A stretch of 64,000 nucleotides of DNA. It comes from Vicugna vicugna (taxonomy: Eukaryota). The stretch lies in contig MU058384.1 of NCBI GenBank assembly GCA_013265495.1, positions 3,199,010 to 3,263,009 of the forward strand, written 5' to 3'. The notes beneath the pieces are model-generated. The model ran no database searches. It saw only the letters and a list, made by a program, of their open reading frames with translations, and was not told the origin of the DNA. Shown in pieces: positions 9,721-22,250 of this stretch (the first letter of the stretch is position 1; the number at the start of each line of letters is the position of its first letter). Made by a program: the position numbers and the translations under genes.

Positions 9721-12399
9721 CTTTGCCTTTGCCTAAAATTTCTGAAGATGGGGGTAGTGGGTAAGGAATGTGCGGACCCAAGTAGTGAGAGATTTAGGTG
9801 GGTGGGCATACTCGAAGAGTTTTCTCTGGTCATTTACAGGTAAAGAGGTCAGATAAATTGGTGTTATTACAACTCGAAGTCCTTCAAATGGGGGTCTTGC
9901 CCATGTTAGTAGTTTTGTGATACTTGAGCTCCTTATTTCTCCACCGTAATCAGAGTTTCATAAACTCAGCAATTGAGATTTTTTTAAAAAGTGATCTGGA
10001 AACCCAAAGTGACAAGAAATGAGTGGCAGAGTGGTGAATGCTCTGGCTGTGTTGGCAACACATGACAATGAAGCAGTAAGTTTAACTTCTTTTCACTTTA
10101 AATTAACTGTGTGGCTTAAAAAAAACAGGTTAAAATCCAATGTATGTTTTAAAAATCAACAAAGGGTGACCTTAAAATAATAATCGAATGCCCCTTGGCA
10201 GCAGGCTCCTCAGAGATAGGGGAGGCCTCTTGCTTTTTAAGATGAGCTCAGAGTGAGACCAATGACCAACCTATCTCAGCATCTCCAGATTTATAGTGGG
10301 AATTCTCTCTTCTTTCCTCCCTTAGAAGATTACAGCTCCCATCAGAGGAATACAAACTCTTTGCAAGTGTTATGGGATGGAGGGATAGAGAAAAGCCTTC
10401 TACATAAATGATAGCTAAAACAGAAGTTGTTTTAATCAATGATTTTTCTGTCTTCCCACCCCATAACATTACCAAATAGTTTGTATAAGCAAAAGTAATC
10501 CCACAAGAAGATTTTGTTTACCCTTTTACAGAGGACAGGAAATCAAGCTCCAGTGATACCTCCAACAGCACGTGTCCATATTTCCCAATAAGGATAATGG
10601 AAACCTGGTTGAACCTGCCACCCCCAAAACTGCCTCTATTTTAAATGTAACATCACCTTCCTTTCGGCTGAAGCCTAAGCTCCCCTTTGAGAAGGGGAGG
10701 CCGACTTTCCACCACTAAGCAATAGAGCTGTCTTTCTCCAGGGTCCAGCATAGACAGTATTTCTAGGAAGCATCCGCCCTCTCCTTCCTGGGTCCCCCCA
10801 CCACCTGCCAGTGCTGCGCCTCTGTGGGAGGGCATCTCTGAGGGTCCTAGTTCTATTTCACTCATTCTCCTCCAGCTCGTTTTCCTCTCAGCTCCCCCAC
10901 TGCCAAGGAGAAAGACCTAAGGAAGGGTCTACAGCGGAGGGTGCTTATTTCCCCTGGTTTTAGGCAGACAAATGGGGGAATAATCGTCTGTTTCCCAAGG
11001 GTGATTCATTTCTCTGGGTGAGGCAAGAGCTGTTGAGGATTTATTTGAAACCAACACAAGGCAGCCCTCCAGCCTTTCCCTGTGAGTTTATTATTTAGAA
11101 GAGGGAGGGGAGGAAGAAGTTTCATCAATCAGGAAAATGGCTTTCCCCTCAGCCACTTGCTTCTTCTCAGTACTGTTTTTAAAGCCCTGGTCCTGGGGAA
11201 AGATGGAGGCCTGACCCCTGGCTTCATCTCTTCTCTAGAGTTGGAGCTTAAATTGAGCAAGAGAGAAATAAGGCCAGCTCCTTGTATCAGGGGAGTGGTG
11301 GCTTTTGAGGTTGTGCTGCTGGGAGAGGAGGAATCCCTTGAGTTACCTCCTGCCATCAACAAAAACGTCTGTGTGGCTCACTCTCCTGGGAGAACTGTGC
11401 CCAGGGAATTCTATCCCAAATTCTCCAACTTAGGTGGAAAACAGACACTGTTTCCAGTTTTGAGCAGGTCCCCTAGACTGGACTGTCTCTTCTCTGGTCT
11501 CCAAAATTCCTTTGGCCTACAGACCAGGAGATAGGATTCCTTTAAGAACAAGACAGGCGTCCCAGAAGAAAGGTGATTTGGGAGCTAGGTTGCCTGGAGT
11601 TTCCAAACTTATTAGGGAAGGAACAATCCCCACTGGCCTCCATCAGAAGAGCCTTGCCCAGGCGTGGGCTGTCCCACTTGGAAATGTGACTTTCTTGGCG
11701 ACTCTTACTTGCATTTCCAGTTAAATTCTCCGTTTACTGATGCCAGAAACAAGAGTACATGACCGTGAGAGTGAGAATGTATTCTTGGCCAGATTTTTTT
11801 CATTGCAAATATGCCACTTTCTCCAAAGTTTTCAAGTTTAAAGCAGTTTCAAATTCAAGCTAGAAACATGACAACTATCTCTTCATTTCACAATAAACGT
11901 GGAATAATAACAAATGTGGCTTTACATTTAAAAGGACAGTGAAAATCTCTTGGGCAAAGATATCTTGAGAAACCTAGACTAGAATCTTTGCGGTGCCCTT
12001 GAAGCCAGCGACTGAACTTAAAGAGGGGTGGAAAGTCACACTTGGAAAAGGAACCGCAGGCTGGCGTTTGGCAGGGGCCTCTAGACCTTTGCTCCTAGAG
12101 ACCCTCTCCCTTGTCCCTGGGGTTCTGGGACCTTGGGTTTATATCCCAAAAAAGAGCAGGGAGAGGCAGCCAGAGCTGGCCTGTGTATGAAGCCCAAGGT
12201 TCCCTAACTCCAAGAGGAGGAGGCCTCAAACTTTTTTTTTTTTTTTTTTTTGACAAGCTGCAGGGTCGAGCAGTTACATCGCCTCCGCTGGTAGTGCCCT
12301 TAGCAGAAAATGCAAAAACCCCTTCCCTCAAGAAGGACCATGGATTCTCAGAGCACCTTGCTTAGCTAACAGAATTAACTGCACTTTTCTGATCCCTTC

Positions 12400-14230
12400 T
12401 AGAACCTTCGGGCTCCTGTCTCCCCTGCCTGCAGCCCATGTTCGAGGGCACAGGAGGCTACCTTCTTGGGTCTCCCCGCTGATGCTCCCCCTGCTGCTCG
12501 GCTGCCGGTGGGGCTGGGCCAGACCTCGGAGCCTTGAGTCTGCCGAGCCTCGGCAATCTTGGAGCTTCGTCCTGCGTTGCTTCTTCCAGGACTGGCTGGT
12601 CCAGGCTCCTCACGCGCAGATAGCGAAGCAAGAGGGGCTGCCGCAGCAGAAGGGCGCGAGCAGTGTCTTTGGGAAGAAATAGGCCACGGGAGGGGCCTTG
12701 GCGAGCGGGATGCACCTGCACCTTCCATCCATCTCTAGGCAAACTTGCGGGAGAACGAGTGCCCCCTCCCTCCCCACCCCTGTGAATCTCCGAGCCTCGC
12801 ACGTCCCTTATAAATAGCCAAGAAGAAGCAAACTCTGAAGGTTCGGGTCTGCAGTCACTTTTTAATTGTGTCCATTTTTAATGAAACCTTCCCTGGGACA
12901 CTGCGGTCGCGGGGCTGCCAGGGGCCTGGAAAAGGTGAGGTGCGGAGAACCAAGAGGGGAAAAGCAGGGGAGCCACTTTTGTTGATCACCAGGGCCCCAA
13001 AGCCCTCCTTTCGGTGCCCACCCTCTGGGTGCGCGGTCCCTCCTTCCATCCTCTGCACCCGGCGGTCGGGAGCGAGGAGTTGGGCGCGGGTCCGTATCCA
13101 TCTCCGCAGAAACTGGTCCAGCACCTCGCCTCTGGCTCTGGGGTCTAACTCGGAGCGAGTCGGTGCGGGGACTGCAGTTCCGCGCAGAGCCGGGGGTCCG
13201 GCGATTCCGGCTGCGTCTGGTGGGAAGCATCCGTCTCCTCGACCCGACCCCCAACTCTTGGCTGTGCTCCCCGCAGGCTCAGAGAAGCAGGGGCGCAGAC
13301 GACAAAGGAAGATGCACTGGAGAGGGACATCGCGGAGCAAGGCCCAACCCAGACATTGCAGACATTTGCAAAGAGCCTCGAAATACCTAAGCGTTTACGG
13401 AAAGTGGGTGGAAGAAAAAACAAGAGTAACAAAAAATCCCAACTCGAGCCGAGTGTGCGGGCGCGCTGTTTCGTCTGTGTTCCCTGCGCCCCCACGCCCA
13501 GCCCCGCGGTGACACTTTGCTAAGGAGGTCAGGTCCGTGTCGGCCAGGGTGGCCCAGGATGGCCCCGGCTGCTACGGCTTCCCCAGCCGCGTTTCTCGCC
13601 GAGGACCTCACGGAGGACCCGGCCGCCTCGCTCCCCTAGGCTGACCCGAACCACAGCCTCTGGCGCGGAGCCTCTGCTTCTAATCCAACCCGACCTTGTC
13701 CCTGGCTCTGACAACAAAGTGAGGACTTCGTCCCCGCAGGCGACACTCGGAAAGAAAGCCCAACACGCCCGAGGAGGAAGGAGGGAACGCGACCTGCTGG
13801 AGCTCGTGCTCCAGGGAGCCGAAAGGGCGGGACGTGCTGCTCTAGGCGCTCAGGGCGGGAGCCTGGGGTTCCGGTGGAAGCGGAGTGGTTGGGTGTGTCT
13901 TGCCTGAGGAGGGCATGGAAGGGGCAGCGCGGAAGGGTCTGCGAAGCAACCTGGGATAGCTGCCCCCGAAAATGCGGGGGTTCCGTCTGGCCAGGACTTG
14001 ATCCATGCTGTTTTTCTCTCTGGTCTGCGACCGACACCTCGGAGTACAGGAGCCTGGGCCAGATCCTGGGGGCGCCACAGTTTACGTGCGAGATGCGGCC
14101 TGTCAATCCTTCACCCCCTTTGGACCTGGAAAACTCCAGAAGCTAGGTTCCGAGAGCCACCCCACGCCCACCCGCGCCCCCGTGCCCTGCTGAGCTGCGG
14201 TGCCGGTGCTGAGGACACATTTTTACCATA
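12400..14230. promoter_or_regulatory. Downstream (orphan) CpG island
   Basis: About 1.8 kb of GC/CpG-dense sequence starting about 2.7 kb past the poly(A) site; no credible CDS. Confidence 0.8.
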
Positions 14231-14464
14231 GGCAGGATCTTCAGCTCCACGGGAGGAAACTGAGGTTGGAGCAAGCACATGTTATGAAGACTCTCTTCTA
14301 GTTCTGATTATGCAACTGCCCCTTCCCTCCCATACACTCTGAGAAAGGACAAGGAAATTCGCAGCATCCTCTGAACCCACAAATAAACAGCGCTCTACTG
14401 CACTCCGAGCAATGTAAGCCTTAACATTATTTCTTTTGGAATTTCTCTTAATCTTCCTCCACTT

Positions 14465-14545
14465 CAGCAACCAACAGTTTCTTGAGTGCTTTCGATGTGC
14501 CAGGCACTGTGAGGGACACCGGAGAAAAATGAACAAAACAGCCAG
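14465..14545 (-). mobile_element. L2 3' end fragment
   Basis: CAACAGTTTCTTGAGTGCTTTCGATGTGCCAGGCACTGTG...ATGAACAAAACAG resembles the L2 3' terminus. Confidence 0.55.
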
Positions 14546-15964
14546 AGAAGTGGGACATTTAAATGCATAAGAAATGGCCCCTCCCCCGCCCCCAGGGTCC
14601 TCAGACCCTAGTGGGAAAACACAGGTCCTCTAGGTCCTAAGGTAAAAACTCCACTGGCCACAAAACATGGGTGCTGCAAGCTCGCCTTCCAGAGGCTTTT
14701 TCAGATGTTGGAAGACTCACTGCCCGTTCCCTCTACCAGACAGAGGACAGGAGCAGATGCCTTTGATTAATATGGAAATAAAAAGAAGCAATGGTGGCAG
14801 TACTTTGTTTCATCGCAGTTGTTTAGAGATTTATTGATACTGAGATAAACTTCAGTCTGGGGCATCTCTGTAATTCATGTCCCCATTAGTTATTACCAAA
14901 TGAGCAAATCGTTTTTCTTTTAACTGGTTTTTAAAAGAAAAGAAGTAAATAAAAGAGGGAGGAGGTTGGGAGAAATCTTTTTTTAATGGGATTAGAGACA
15001 TTATCCTCCTTGGCTCCGTAGGTCCCTGAGCTACAGAAACTTGCCTCTCAACTCCTGAGTTCACCAGACTGTGTTCTAAACGTAAAACAATCCTGTAATT
15101 TCCTTCAAGAACAAAAGTTTTCAAAGAAGTGACCTGCACGGTATCCCCCTCAATAAAGCAGAATTGACTTAATGGTCTGTTAATTACTCCATCCCCGCAG
15201 GGGGAGGGAAGCTTCCGAAAGGATTGCTGCAGACCCTCTGTTGACTGAAGCTGTGGTCTGTCCCCAGATGTACAGCTGGGGCTGGGCCATTCAAAACCCA
15301 GACAAAACAAAATCCCTGATAAATAATCCTACCTAGAACACAAAGATTCAGCGTACAATTGTTGAATCTTTGCTGGATCCTCAGAGAAGCCGGGAGCGGG
15401 CTCCTTTGGGGCTTCCGGCAATCTTCAAAACTTGAGGCCAAGGGCTCTTCAACAAAAGTTTATATATATATATATAAAAAAAGAGCTTGGTTGACTGTTC
15501 TGTCCTCTTATCCTCCTGTGTCAAATTTCTTTCCCTTTTATTTGAGACTCTGACTGTACTTCTTTGAGCCAGTCTTCTTTTGTACTAATTACAGTTTGTT
15601 TCATCATTTAATACATTTTTGGCTTAGTCTTTTCCAGTTGTTTCTTTATTAATAATTTAAACCTAAGAAGACAAATTTGAATATTGTAGTAAAAAAGTGC
15701 AATGCAGAGAATCAAAATACAGGAGAGAAATTTGGCTTATTATTCTCTGTAACTTTTTCACACCTGTAAGGTGACAATGCCCTCCTGCAATTAAGCATAT
15801 TTCTGAAATTCAGAAGTGAAAATGCTCCACTTAAACCCAAGCAAAACTGAGCAATAATCCAGTTAATTTGGCACCAGAGGTAGTTAAGCAGAAAAATTCA
15901 ATTTGAAAGCATATCTTTAAGAAAGAAAACATGCATGGTCTACATTAATTGGGAAAATACTGGG

Positions 15965-16060
15965 CTTTTGTTTTATTTTTGTTTTATTGAAGTATAGGCA
16001 GTTTACAATGTTGTATCAATTTCTGGCATATAGCATAATGTTTTAGTCATACATCTACAT
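15965..16060 (-). mobile_element. Short L1 3' end
   Basis: T-rich tail followed by TTGAAGTATAG.CAGTTTACAATGTTGTATCAATTTCTGG; same family as the copies at 43665-44528 and 45896-46653. Confidence 0.75.
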
Positions 16061-16253
16061 TAATCTGATGTGCATTTGCCCTTTGTGGATGCATTGAAAG
16101 GAAACATTACAGAAAGATTAAATATGGCATCAAAAGAGATGGATCATGAAAATGATCAAGATGTGGATATGATCTGCTTTGAAAATTAGTTCGGAGCTAA
16201 GCAATAATAGAAGGAGTCTGTCAGACTACATAGTGTGGCATATCCAACATCAC

Positions 16254-16628
16254 TTTTTTTTTTACATTTTTTATTGATTCATAATCATTTTACAGTGTTG
16301 TATCAAATTCCAGTGTTCAGCACAATTTTTCAGTCATTCATGGACATATACACACTCATTGTCACATTTTTTTCTCTGTGATTTATCATCACATTTTGTG
16401 TATATTTCCCTGTGCTATACAGTGTAATCTTGTTTATCTATTCTACAATTTTGAAATCCCAGTCTATCCCTTCCCGCCCTCTACCCCCCCCCACCGGTAA
16501 CCACAAGTCTGTATTCTCTGTCCATGAGTCTATTTCTGTCCTGTATTTATGCTTTGTTTTTGTTTGTTTGTTTGTTTTTGTTTTTTAGATTCCACATAAG
16601 AGCGATCTCATAGAAAAAAAAAATACCA
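16254..16628 (-). mobile_element. Young 5'-truncated L1 (3' UTR, camelid-type) with 12-bp target-site duplication (TSD)
   Basis: Poly(T) tail, L1 3' UTR motifs (CCCTGTGCTATACAGT, GGTAACCACAAG, TTTTTAGATTCCACATA). TSD CCAACATCACTT at 16244-16255 and 16626-16637. Confidence 0.9.
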
Positions 16629-17864
16629 ACATCACTTCTTAAGGAAGTGATCCTTAAGAGTCAAGTGCTGATGGAGGCCAACCTTTGCCTTCCTTGCCAC
16701 AGTTGACTGGACCCTGCTTGGTACATGAGCTAATCATTATAATCATGGGGGAGGCTAGCTCAAAGGTGATTGGCATTAAAATGTACCCGTAATTGTGTTT
16801 CATATAGAATGAGGGCAAGGACACACTTTTCTCTCTTTTGGGAAAGTGAAAAAAAATCTAGTAAACCAAAAAGAGATCCATCATTTAAACTCAGCTTGAA
16901 CTCCCAATCAAGGTGGAACTTTTGTTTTGGTTTTGTGTACTGCTGACTGTTCATCCCAGTTTATACGAGAAACAGAATCTAGACACAGAGTGACAGATAG
17001 TGTAACCTGTGTAGCTCAAATAGTGTCGTTCCTTTCCATAAAACCCATAGAAAAGGCCATCTTTGCCTGTCTGGTCAATGATGTCCGCACGGTCCTGACT
17101 TCCTATATATAAGTATATAAGTAACAGACAAACATGAAAAACGAGACACCATTCCCCTTGCTAATAGTCCCTGGGGATAACTAGAAGCAGGGGAAACAAT
17201 TTGATTCCAATTTTTACTAGAATTATGTTATGAATCAATTAGACTCCAGGATTGAATAAAGTAGTTTTACAAATTATACTGACTGACCATGCAATGCAGA
17301 AATAGGTAGGTTAGTTCCTCTTTTTCTCCTTTGTAGAAATTAATATACTGAGGCATTTTGTTTTGGATTGGCTTTTTGGGTTTTTTTTTTTTTTTCCACT
17401 CTTATGTAGTTGATTTCCTAGCATTTCCTTTACTTGTGGAGTGTTGTTTTCCAGGCTCTTGATTGAGACATTTGATCTCTATAGGGCCACAGAGTACACG
17501 GACTTACAACTCGTAACTTTTCATCATTACTGATATGGGCAAGTTTTTAAATAGAAAACACTGAGAAACATGCACATTAATTTTCACAGTAAACATTAGA
17601 TCTCAGTAAAAAAAAATTTACTAAGGAGCTATAATGTGAAGGGAAATACTAACAATAAAATCTTTTTGGAATATATTTAAGATGGAGAGAATTAATATAT
17701 TTTTTTGGAAACAACAATTTTATTTAAACCCAACCAAATGCAGTGCTGGTCCTGGCATGGCTGATGCTGGCAATACTGAAGAGTGGCTGGAGAAGCAGGC
17801 AGAATGATTGCCCCTGTAGCAACAGTTAACATCTCTAGCCTGTCCAATAATAATTGTTTCTTCT

Positions 17865-18570
17865 AGTGTTGTGAACAATTAAGATCTAGTCATTTAGCAA
17901 GTTTATGATACCATTTTGTTGTCTATAATCACTGTACTGTGTATTAGGTCTCCAGGACTTACTTATCTACTAGTTGCACGTATGAAGTGTTCCCTACTTT
18001 TGACTCCTGCTGAGGATGCCATCCTTTGTGACCACTGCATTTCGTTTCTCATTTCCCTTGTGACAAAACTTGGCTTCCCTGTAGCACCTTACCATGATAA
18101 TAGTGCAATGAAAATCTTTATGTATATGTTTTCTCTTGTACCTGTCCACAAATTCCTCTTGGGAGATATATATCCAATATCCCTTGCTCATTTTTCTATC
18201 AGGTTATCTGTCTTTTTGCTTTTTAAGAGTTCCTTGTACAGTTTAGATATTGAAAGTTTTAGCTATAACAACTGTCTCCCAGCCTAATATCTTAATTTTG
18301 TGTTTCATGCTCTTTTTTCTATATAAGGTACTCAATTTTCCCAGCATTGTCTGCTACACAATATGTCCTTTCCCTGTTGATTTGTGGTGGAAATTTATCC
18401 TACATTAAGTTCCCATATATTCATGAGTCTTTTTCTGAACTCTCTACTCTGTACCACTGGTATATTGGTCTGTTTCTCTGTCACTATCAGTATACTGTTA
18501 TTAGATTTTAGTATTATGTTATTATGACTTAGTACTATGTCTTATCTTAGTATGTGGTAAAGTGAATCCA
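17865..18570 (-). mobile_element. Degraded older L1 fragments (L1M-type)
   Basis: Motifs such as ACTGTACTGTGTATTAGGTCTCCAGGACTTA, TTGCTCATTTTTCTAT, TTTTCCCAGCATTGT and GAACTCTCTACTCTGTACCACTGG. Confidence 0.6.
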
Positions 18571-18899
18571 AGAGAATAAATTTTTCACAAAATGGTCATA
18601 TTTGTCTCCAAACTGAATACATTCTAAGCCAAATAGAATAATGATTTTTTAAAAATGTGATGCAAATACTACAAGATTTTTTATCACCTATTCCTTTAGG
18701 TTCTGGAGTGTCAGAGGGAGAAGAGATATGTGTATATGCAGGTCTCTTAGAGTTATTGTAATATTCTTATTCTTTCACTCTACTTCCTCAACCACAAAAC
18801 TAATAATTGTGGATGGGAATTCTCAGGCTGTCTGGCTCCCTATTTGAAGCAGTTTAGTGCCTCATTACTCTGGGCTTAGAAGTGAGTTCCCTCCTAATT

Positions 18900-19410
18900 A
18901 TAAAGGCACAGAGATAGTGCTTGTCATTCCATTATATATTGCACATCATTACATACCTGCTGCCCAGTGTCTTGCATAGTAGGCAGTAGAAATTTTTCTA
19001 AAGGAGGAACTTCCTGCTCATCCTTTTTGCAGGTGAATTCGAATCTAAATAGAAGCCTTTCAAACTTGCACACGCTCTTTCAAACTTCCAAGCTGGGCAC
19101 ATACTGGCCCCATTGCCTGGAACACTTGCTCCCCACCCCTCACTCCCCCTTGCTTAGCTGTTCATATTCAGTTTTCACTTCCCAGCTTCCCTGGGGAGCC
19201 TGGACCAGTGGTGGCTACCCCTCCCACATGCTCCCACAACCCAAAGTACTTTCCTTTCACAGCACAGACCACCTGGAACCATTTGCTTGTCCTCTCTCTG
19301 GAATGTGAACCCTATTGGGCAGGGCCACGATGGTCCTGTTCACCCAATGTAATGTCTGGAATATAATGTGTGCAGAAAGGACATTTGGGGCATCAATCAA
19401 TGAGAAATGT
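18900..19410 (+). mobile_element. L2 fragments
   Basis: CCCAGTGTCTTGCATAGTAGGCAGT; TGCCTGGAACACTTG..CCC; GAATGTGAACCCTATTGGGCAGGG..GTCCTGTTCAC. Confidence 0.5.
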
Positions 19411-20049
19411 TGTGGAAGAGAGCTAATATTTGGACGGGTATATGTATCAGATGAACTTCAGTTGCCCTTCCAATGATGAGATTTCACAATCATATGATAC
19501 AAAATCGCAGTCTGATTCAGATCTTTAAGTCTACGTACATTTATTTCTATTTTAAAAAACTGTAGCTACATTGGAGTAAGGGATTTTATCAGTTATGCTT
19601 TTTGGGGTGGAAAGCAACTTTGTAATTTAATTGGATAAAATTAAGAGTTGTCTTACCACCCTGACTGCTCCGTTTCTGTGTGTTATAATAATAGTTGCTT
19701 CCATTTAATGAGTAACATGATTGCTATTTCATTGAATTCTCTCAGTAATTTGGCAGGAGAGTGTTGTAGCACCCTTCTACAGGTGAGGAGAGTAAGGGTT
19801 AGGTTAAGTAACTGGAAAGGGTGTCCAGTCAATAAATGGTACAGCTGCATTTAGAACTCTGTACTGTCTTATTCCAAAGCTGGTGCTGCCAAAAGCTGTC
19901 CTATGTCTTCATGAATATCCTTTTGATCTGTTTCTTTAGCCTGTTGATGGCAACCTACATAAGACTGCTCTTGTCCAACCCTCCCTAACAGCTTTTGCCA
20001 CCTGCATAGCAAGGTCTTATATCTAGAGGGTCCTGGCAATATTTTTGCT

Positions 20050-20480
20050 CTTGTCATTCAATCATTCAATGAAACTTGTCTGGCTCTGGGCACTGTACTA
20101 GGTTCTGAGGGTGAAGTAGGGAATAAAAAGGATGTGCTGTCCACACTCAGAAAGCTTATAGCTCAGTGGGGAAACTAATAAAGCCAATAGCAAGGCAGTA
20201 TGTTTATGACTATGCTAGCGGGTTTGACAGCAGTCCCGGCATTTAACCCTGTGGAAGGGTAAGTCCAGATGAACTGTGAGCCAGGTGAGGAGGTGGAGCA
20301 ACAGGCAACAACAGAAAAATGTCCAGAAGCAAAAATGCAGCAGGGCTTGGAAAGACATTTTGGTGCAGCTGGAGAGTAGGAATCCTTTGTGTGAGTGGAG
20401 TTAGAGTGGAGTAAAGCAAGATATGATGCTGCAGAGGTAAGAAAGAGCCAGTTGCCAAGAAGCACATGTGGGTTGGACAT
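20050..20480 (-). mobile_element. L2 fragment
   Basis: CATTCAATCATTCAATGAA...GGGCACTGTACTAGGTTCTGAGG...CTCAGAAAGCTTATAGCTCAGTGGGG. Confidence 0.6.
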
Positions 20481-20487
20481 TTGGAGA

Positions 20488-20825
20488 TGTGGGATGGTTA
20501 ATATTATGTGACAACCTGGTGAGGCTACTGGGTCCAGCTGTTTGCTGGGAAGATATTTTGTAGATGTGAGTAACAGTTACAGTCAGTTGACTTTAAATAA
20601 AGGAGCTTATGCTCCATGGTGGGTGGGCCTTATCTAATCAGTTGAAGGCCATACGAGCAAAGTCTGAGGTTTCTCAGAGAAGGAATTGTGCATCAAGATT
20701 GTAACATAGAAAGCCTGCATGAGTTTCCATCCTGCTGCCTGCCCTACAGATTTCAGACATAGCAGCCCCAGCAATCACATGAGCCAATCCCTTAAAAAAA
20801 AGTCTCTCTCTCTTTTTCATTCTCT

Positions 20826-20859
<34 letters not shown>

Positions 20860-20915
20860 TCTATATATATATATTGTATATATATATATACTGTCTCTCT
20901 GGAGAAACCTGATAC
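20488..20915 (+). mobile_element. MLT2-type (ERVL) solo LTR with internal (TA)n
   Basis: TGGTTAATATTATGTGACAACCTGG...GGGTGGGCCTTATCTAATCAGTTGAAGGCC...CCAGCAATCACATGAGCCAATCCCTTAAA...TCTCTCTGGAGAAACCTGA. Confidence 0.8.
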
Positions 20916-21089
20916 CTGATGATCAGTAAAGGAAGACTCAACCCCTGCCCCAACAAAGCTTCCTTATAGAGAGATTACATAATTAAGAATTTAATTCCAA
21001 GATCAGACTGTCTCTTTATTCTTCTCTACGTTTCCTTAAACACTAGGACCAGGGCCCTGAACAATAGAGACACTGAACTGGCTGAGGGA

Positions 21090-21245
21090 ATACTGTTTAG
21101 AGTCAAGAGAAGAAGATTCTGGTGCCAGTTCTGTCCCAGCAGAGCTGTGTGACCTGAGTTCACACACTTAACTCTTCTGAGCCTATTTCTTTATCTGTGA
21201 AATGAGGGTGATAGATTACATGTTCTTAAGGTTCTTTCCTTTTCT
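21090..21245 (+). mobile_element. MIR SINE
   Basis: AGCTGTGTGACCTGAG...ACTTAACTCTTCTGAGCCTATTTCTTTATCTGTGAAATGAGG (MIR core). Confidence 0.7.
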
Positions 21246-21549
21246 AATTATCTGTGATTCTTTGAGAGCCAGTGGAAGGTAGATAAGAATAAGTAGATAG
21301 CTACTGATTTACTGATGGGAGCAGCCAGTTTCAGAAATATGATCCTGGAAGATGGTCGCTGTGGTTCATGCAACACTGAGAGATAGCTAGCAACCCCAAA
21401 CCTCATCTCAGGCTTCAGCTGCTTCACAATCAGCTGGGGGCTGGCGGGCTGTGGACAGAGAGCATCTGGACCAATGAATTGTCCACAGCAAGGTCTTTGG
21501 CTCCAGGCTAGTCTCCACCAGGTCTCCCACCATGTGTGAGCTCTATTGA

Positions 21550-21970
21550 TTGTCTTAAAATTGGGTGGCTTAAAACAACAGATATTTATTCTCCTACAGT
21601 TCTGGAGGCAAGAAGTCTGCAACCAAAGTGTTGGCAGAGCCAGACTTCCTCAGGCAGCACGAGGGAAGAATCCTTCCTTGCCTTCTATTCCACCTCCTGG
21701 CAGCCCCAAGTGTCCCTTGGCTTGTGACAGCCTCATTCCAACCTCTACTTCCGTTTTCACCAGGGCTTCTTCACTCTGTGTGTCTCTGTGTTTCTGTGTC
21801 CTAGTTTTCCCTCTTCTTATAAGGACATCAGTCATTGCACTGGGGGATCCTAATCCAGTATGACTTCCACCTTAACTTGATTACGTCTTCAAAGATCTTA
21901 TTCCCAAATAAGATCCCATTCACAAGTCCGGGGTAGACATGAATTGGGGGGGCACTATTCCACCCAGCAC
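21550..21970 (-). mobile_element. MLT1-type (MaLR) solo LTR
   Basis: GGGTGGCTTAAAACAACAGATATTTATTCTC..CAGTTCTGGAGGC..AAGTCTG; CTTATAAGGACATCAGTCATTG; CTAATCCAGTATGAC; TTCCCAAATAAG. Confidence 0.85.
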
Positions 21971-22185
21971 TATTCCTAGCATCACTTAGCCTCCCAGGTG
22001 GGCCCAGTCTTGCTCCATTGACCACGTAATTCAGGAAAGAAGAACTTGAGGAGAGGATGTTGGCTGCCTGAGAGCACAGACTGTGGCCCCTCCCAGTCAT
22101 AAGCCCTTTCATATTTCTGTAGATAAGTCTATCTCTTTTTCTCTGAACTAATTGCATACACCCTGCTTGAGCCAGATAAAAAATT

Positions 22186-22250
22186 TATGCTGTACACCAG
22201 AAACTGACACATTGTAACTGACTATACTTCAATAAAAAATTAAAATAAAA
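22186..22250 (+). mobile_element. Extremely truncated L1 3' tail (about 60 bp)
   Basis: TATGCTGTACACCAGAAACTGACACATTGTAACTGACTATACTTCAATAAAAA with an imperfect TSD AAAAA(T/C)TTATG at 22179-22189 and 22247-22257. Confidence 0.8.

Noticed and set aside
12399..14231. ORFs up to 214 aa in the downstream CpG island
   Set aside because: Same GC artefact. The 214 aa ORF starts at a non-ATG codon and has no domain similarity I recognise.
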